NCBI RefSeq assembly: GCF_009914755.1
Contig: NC_060930.1
Direction: 5' to 3' (one strand)
Length of the DNA: 64,000 nt
DNA from: the human T2T-CHM13v2.0 reference genome, Homo sapiens
Shown: positions 59,021 through 64,000 of the stretch, one piece after another
Numbering within the stretch: position 1 is the first letter of the stretch
Layout of the letters: each line of letters opens with the position of its first letter
The notes under the pieces: generated by a model
The model's input: the letters and a program-made list of their open reading frames with translations, nothing else
The model's database searches: none
What the model was told of the DNA's origin: nothing
Position numbers and translations under genes: made by a program

Positions 59021-59199
59021 GAAGAAGATTGAGTATGAACAGGTGCTGCAATATCAGGAATTGAGAAGAAGAGAGAACCAGGTATTTATTATATAGACTT
59101 TGGGGCTTTTTCACCTAGCAAGGAAGAGATGACTCAAGATTGGGTGCAGGTATTCACCTGGACAAGCAAAATAGATGGGAGTGGGAAAAAGGAGGAAAT

Positions 59200-59760
59200 A
59201 AGGAGTTGGGGACATGTTAAATTTCAATTGCTTGTGGGACTTCAGAAGTAACTGGATAAGGTTTAGGAGTAAGTTATGGTGGAAATATAGGCTTGGGAGT
59301 CATCACAAAGTTTTTTCCAGAAAGTAACCAAGTCACTCACGAGCATCAAGGTTGAAATCCTAACACTGATGGTTGGAGGTGGAAGAGGGGCTGCAAAAGA
59401 AGTTGAAGGAAGCAGCCAGAGAGGTCTGAGAGAGAAAAGGGAATGTTATGCCATGGAAGCCAAAGGAAGAGAACATTTTGAGAGGAAAGTATTCAACGGT
59501 ATTGAATAGTAAAGACAATGCACTGAAAAACACCCATTTCATTCAGCAACTAGAAAGTCATTAGTAATATAGATTTCAGTGGAGTAGCAGTGTCAGAAGT
59601 CAGGTTGCCAGAGGCTGAAGAATAAGTGGGAAGTTAGGAAGTGGAGGCAGTCAAGATAGGCTACTTTTCACAGAAGCCTAGTTGTGAAGGATTGTGAAGA
59701 AGCAACACACAGGTGAGAGCTAGAGGAACCCAGCGTACCAGTGGTCTTTGTCCATATCCA
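59200..59760 (+). mobile_element. L2 remnant
   Basis: Purine-rich L2-like sequence ('gccatggaagccaaaggaagagaacattttgagagg'). Confidence 0.55.
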
Positions 59761-60069
59761 AAGGGGTATATCTAATAAACAAGGGGAGGTTGACGGTATG
59801 GGGAAGAGAGAAGAGAATGGGTGTTTTCCTCAGATGAGCAATTGCACTTTACCAAGAGGGTGTAATGGAAGGTGACAAGGCCAGGGAGCCAAGGGTATTC
59901 ACAAAGGAGCATTTTAATCATGAAGTCTAGGCTGCTTAAAGATACCTGTGGTCTTTGAAGAAGTGTTGCAAAAGGAAGAAGGGAAATCTGTGGGTCCAGG
60001 ATGTGGGATCTTTAACAATTCCTGTCTTGAGCTCTGGGTCATACAATTAAATGTTTCGATGGAGAGAAA

Positions 60070-60275
60070 ATGTGGGTTCCAATCCTGCATCTGTCATTCC
60101 CAAATCCTGTGTTCATCTTTACTTGTGTGACCTTGGGCAAGTAATTTATGCTTTTAAGTCTCAGTTGCCTCATCCAATAAATGAAGATAGATAATAACAA
60201 TAGCTACCTCATGGGGTTATCATGGACATGTAATGTGGGCATTAACGTGGTTTCCGGTGAATAGAGAATGCTCAT
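60070..60275 (+). mobile_element. MIR remnant
   Basis: MIR core 'tgtgtgaccttgggcaagt...tctcagttgcctcatc...aaatgaagata'. Confidence 0.7.
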
Positions 60276-61413
60276 ATCTAAAGGGTTCTGACCTGTGGAT
60301 TGAATTCCTTTGATTGTAAACACCTTCTAAAGAGCAGAAACAATGGCATACATATGCATGTAAGACATATTGGAGATTGCAAACTCAAATGTCTCCTGGG
60401 GCCAGACCAATGATGTAAATTCATCAAGCAGACAGGCATATGACAATAGGGAGCGTCATGGTGAACTGGAGACTAGTGCCCCAACTAAAACCATTCACAT
60501 TCAAAATGGTTACAGCACAGTACTGCCTAAATAAAGCACATTTGCAGGACCATACTTCAACCCCTTTTTCTGTTTCTGGTATAACTGACCTCAGTAACTC
60601 CCAGGCCCACTGCCTCTGACAGGTTTACCTAAATCTCAAACAGATGGCTGTAATGTGTACAAAATAGGTTTTGAGATTAAATCTCCAAGTCACAGTGTCT
60701 TTCCCACCCCTGGATTTATATTCAGTGTTATTATTTGTATTTTATCTGCTTGTTTAAATGTGAGAATTAAGATGCTTTTCAACTATTTAAAAGATGCTTG
60801 AACTTTGTAGTTGCCAAAATAACAGATAATTGTACCAGGCAAATTAGCCAGGGTTTATAAGCCTCAAATCTGAAAGAAATTAAGCTGTGCCTGAAATGAA
60901 TTAGTCTATCGGTAAGTTAGTTGGATTTGTTTGCTTGTATGTTTCGTTTTGTTTTGTTTTGTTTAAAAAAAAATGAAACTACGCTCTCGCACTAGTTTTC
61001 AAATACCTCTTTAGCTGTTGCTGCTACAACTATAAAATGCATCATTTTATTTTATAAGTCTGAAGAGGGACCAGTAAAAATGTTATGGGCTGTAATTTTG
61101 ATATAGAATATGTACACAAAATTACCTAATTGCAGTCAATTTCCTCCTCCCCTAGTTTATCCATGGCTTTGGGGAATTTATGTTTTTGCTTGTTCAAAAA
61201 TCTTTCATGGTCACAGCATGACTGTCCCCTCCCACCCCCGCCATTATAAGGTGAACAAGACTTTCCAGACAGGTGCTGGAGACTTCACTAACAAGAGAGA
61301 AAACATTTGACTGGGGTCTTCTTTTAATAACTACCTCCAAGAAGCAAGGCCAGTCATCAGAAATTTGCCACTTATTAATAAATAGCAATATTAATGGAAC
61401 AAAAGTCAACCAA

Positions 61414-61717
<304 letters not shown>

Positions 61718-62799
61718 TTATATTTGGTGATACTGGGTAGGACTTTGGGCACTGTATGATTCCTGGGTGTCCCTGATTGAGGATTTCATGGGAAGTAGTC
61801 AAAAGAAGAGGAAGAAAAAACATATTTTCTGCGGAGGAGACTTTCATCAGAAATCCCCTCCCTATCAGTCTGTGGGTGCTCAGTACCAGAAGGATCCTCT
61901 AATACCAGGCAGTCTAAGAAGGTAATTTATTTCATTGTTTCTGAACCAAGTGGAGAATACTCAGAGCAATTTCTGGTACTCATTAAATGCCAAATAATAA
62001 CAACATGCTGTTAAATTGCAGAGCAAGGGTACCACAAAATCTGTAATATATAATTTTAGCAAAAAATGTTCTTCTGAGAATATGTTCAGCTAATTTAAAG
62101 CATAGTTTCATTAGCATAACCATCTTTCCACATATAGCGGAGTGGAATTCCTAAAACGTCACCAGCACTTGGGTCGATAGGATTTTGCCATCACACTCGG
62201 TTCTCTCTCCTGCTGGTTCTTACCTCTTTGGCTAAGAAGCAGAGGCCCCTTTCTCCCAATTTATCTGATCTCTTCCTGCAGCACCCCCTGGAGCTCCCCC
62301 TGAAGAACAACATCAAAGCCATTTAGGGCTGGAAGCTGGTGGCCAGCCATATGGAATTACAGCCCAGGCTCTTGCCGGATTATAGACTATAACATATGAA
62401 CCAAATGACAGTGCCATGGCATCGAGGGAAAGCTGGTAAAGCCTCCAGTTTTGAATGGAAAATATGACTGTGTATTTATACACAGGCTCCTCATAAACAA
62501 CCTGAATGTTTCACCAACATCCCGAGGAAACAAGGGATGGGCTGAGTTAAAAACAGCTCTAGAACGCCTCTCTTCTAACTAAATTACCCATGCTGTCCTA
62601 TCTCCTGAGGGTGTTTACTTAAATGTGCTTCTTTGCATATTTCAGAATTAGAAAAAATGCTTATCAACAAATAACTGAAAACGTAAAAGAAAATGGCTCA
62701 CATAGCAGAGAGCCTTATCTGACACATTATTATTGTCACAACATCCAACCACACCTTATTCATCCTGAATCTGGGTATTTGGCAGTCGAATCTATCCAG

Positions 62800-63778
62800 G
62801 TCTCTACTTCCTAATCTCTCATTTACTTTTCAACCTCCTGCAGTCTAGTTTCTGTCTCTCCTCCTCCATGGTACCTATTTAAACTTTGCACCTCCAGAGT
62901 GACACCTTTTGTCTGTACATTTTGGAATATTGTCATGATAGAGCCAGTTGCCTAGGCATGACCTCAAAGTTGCCCTTTGCTGCTTCCTCTCTCTAGCATA
63001 TCTACATCCAAATAGTTTCCAAGTCCTGGTTATGCTGCCTCCTGAATAATTTTTTCCTCCCTCCCCTCAACTTCGTCCTCACTACTTACTACTTGCTTTA
63101 GTTTGGCTCTTAGTCTCTTTGCCAGAACTAGCAAAGTTCTCCTAACTGCTTTTCCTGCCTCTAATCCCGCCCTCCCCTTTATTCCGTCTGTTACAACCGC
63201 TGCAAGATTATACAATGCAAACCAGTTCACATCAGTGCTTGTTTGAAGACCTCCAATCCCTGTTACAAATAGAATCAAGGCCAAAAGTCCTTCATAACCT
63301 GGTCCCCAGCTGTCTTTACATCACTTTCATAGCCCTTACCATGTCTTCCACCTCCTCTTCCCTGCCCCTGTACGCCAGCCACAGATTTCCTGCAGTTCCC
63401 AAGCACGCCGTGTTTTTTCATTTCTCCATGCTTTTGTCAGGACCATTTCTTCTGTTTTCAGTGCTGCCTCCCACTTTGTCAGGAAAATTCGACCTATACT
63501 TCAAGATCCAGCTCAAATGTCACCCGGTCTGGAAAGCCATCCCTTCCATCTCCCCTAGCGAAGTTAGTGACCCTCTTCTGTGAAGCTACATCTTTATACG
63601 TTCCTTTGTATTAGTGCTTCTTTCGCTGCCAATGTTGTCAATATGTATCTGTCTCCTCATCATTCTTAGGATTATTTAAGGGCAGCGACTAAACCCTGTT
63701 TATCTTTGTATTTCCAGTGACTAACAAGGTTTAGGTACTGGGGAGATTTCTACATGTGTATTGAATGAATGAGTGGAT
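62800..63778 (-). mobile_element. L2 remnant
   Basis: Pyrimidine-rich L2 3' region ending 'tattgaatgaatgagtg'. Confidence 0.65.
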
Positions 63779-64000
63779 GCAGAACTCATTGCAAGGAATT
63801 GATTCAATAAAACCTTTACAAATTAAAAATTTTTATTAGAGCTTCATATTTTCATAGTGAAAATTACTTTCTCTTCCTGTTTCACCCAAGAAAACAAAGA
63901 CAATCTACAAATTGAGTAGACATTTAGCAAGAGAAAGAATTAAATCATGGTTTCCATTTCTGAACCTTCTTTTTTCAGGCAAAAAAAAAAAAAAAAAAAA

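Noticed and set aside
62278-62305. CTCF-like motif (gctccagggggtgctg on the minus strand)
   Set aside because: It has three mismatches to the core consensus and cannot be supported without ChIP data.
63981-64000. Terminal poly-A run as a processed pseudogene tail
   Set aside because: It is cut by the window edge, and the preceding sequence shows no mRNA-like or retroelement body.

Overview
This is human (primate) genomic DNA containing the 5' end of the kinesin-9 gene KIF6 on the minus strand. It includes the CpG-island promoter (~55.5-56.2 kb), coding exons 1-3 (55836-55771, 51339-51230, 45271-45197; spliced translation MVKQTIQIFARVKPPVRKHQQG-IYSIDEDEKLIPSLEIILPRDLADGFVNNKRESYKFK-FQRIFDQDANQETVFENIAKPVAGS), about 45 kb of intron 3 and about 8 kb of upstream sequence. 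The rest is mostly interspersed repeats (Alu, L1, L2, MIR, MaLR/ERVL LTRs, Tigger and hAT DNA transposon fossils). Almost all ORFs in the supplied track are repeat-derived or chance ORFs, and I found no new multi-gene system. The most notable observations are: (1) a human-specific L1HS-Ta1 insertion with a twin-priming 5' inversion and intact target-site duplication (TSD); (2) two Alus 30 kb apart that share a 44-nt tract with a 14-nt deletion, suggesting Alu-Alu gene conversion; (3) an Alu-L1 chimeric insertion; (4) a 179-nt inverted duplication forming a hairpin; (5) a candidate poison exon just upstream of KIF6 exon 3. Repeat family names come from recalled consensus sequences, not from a RepeatMasker run, so subfamily labels and boundaries are approximate.
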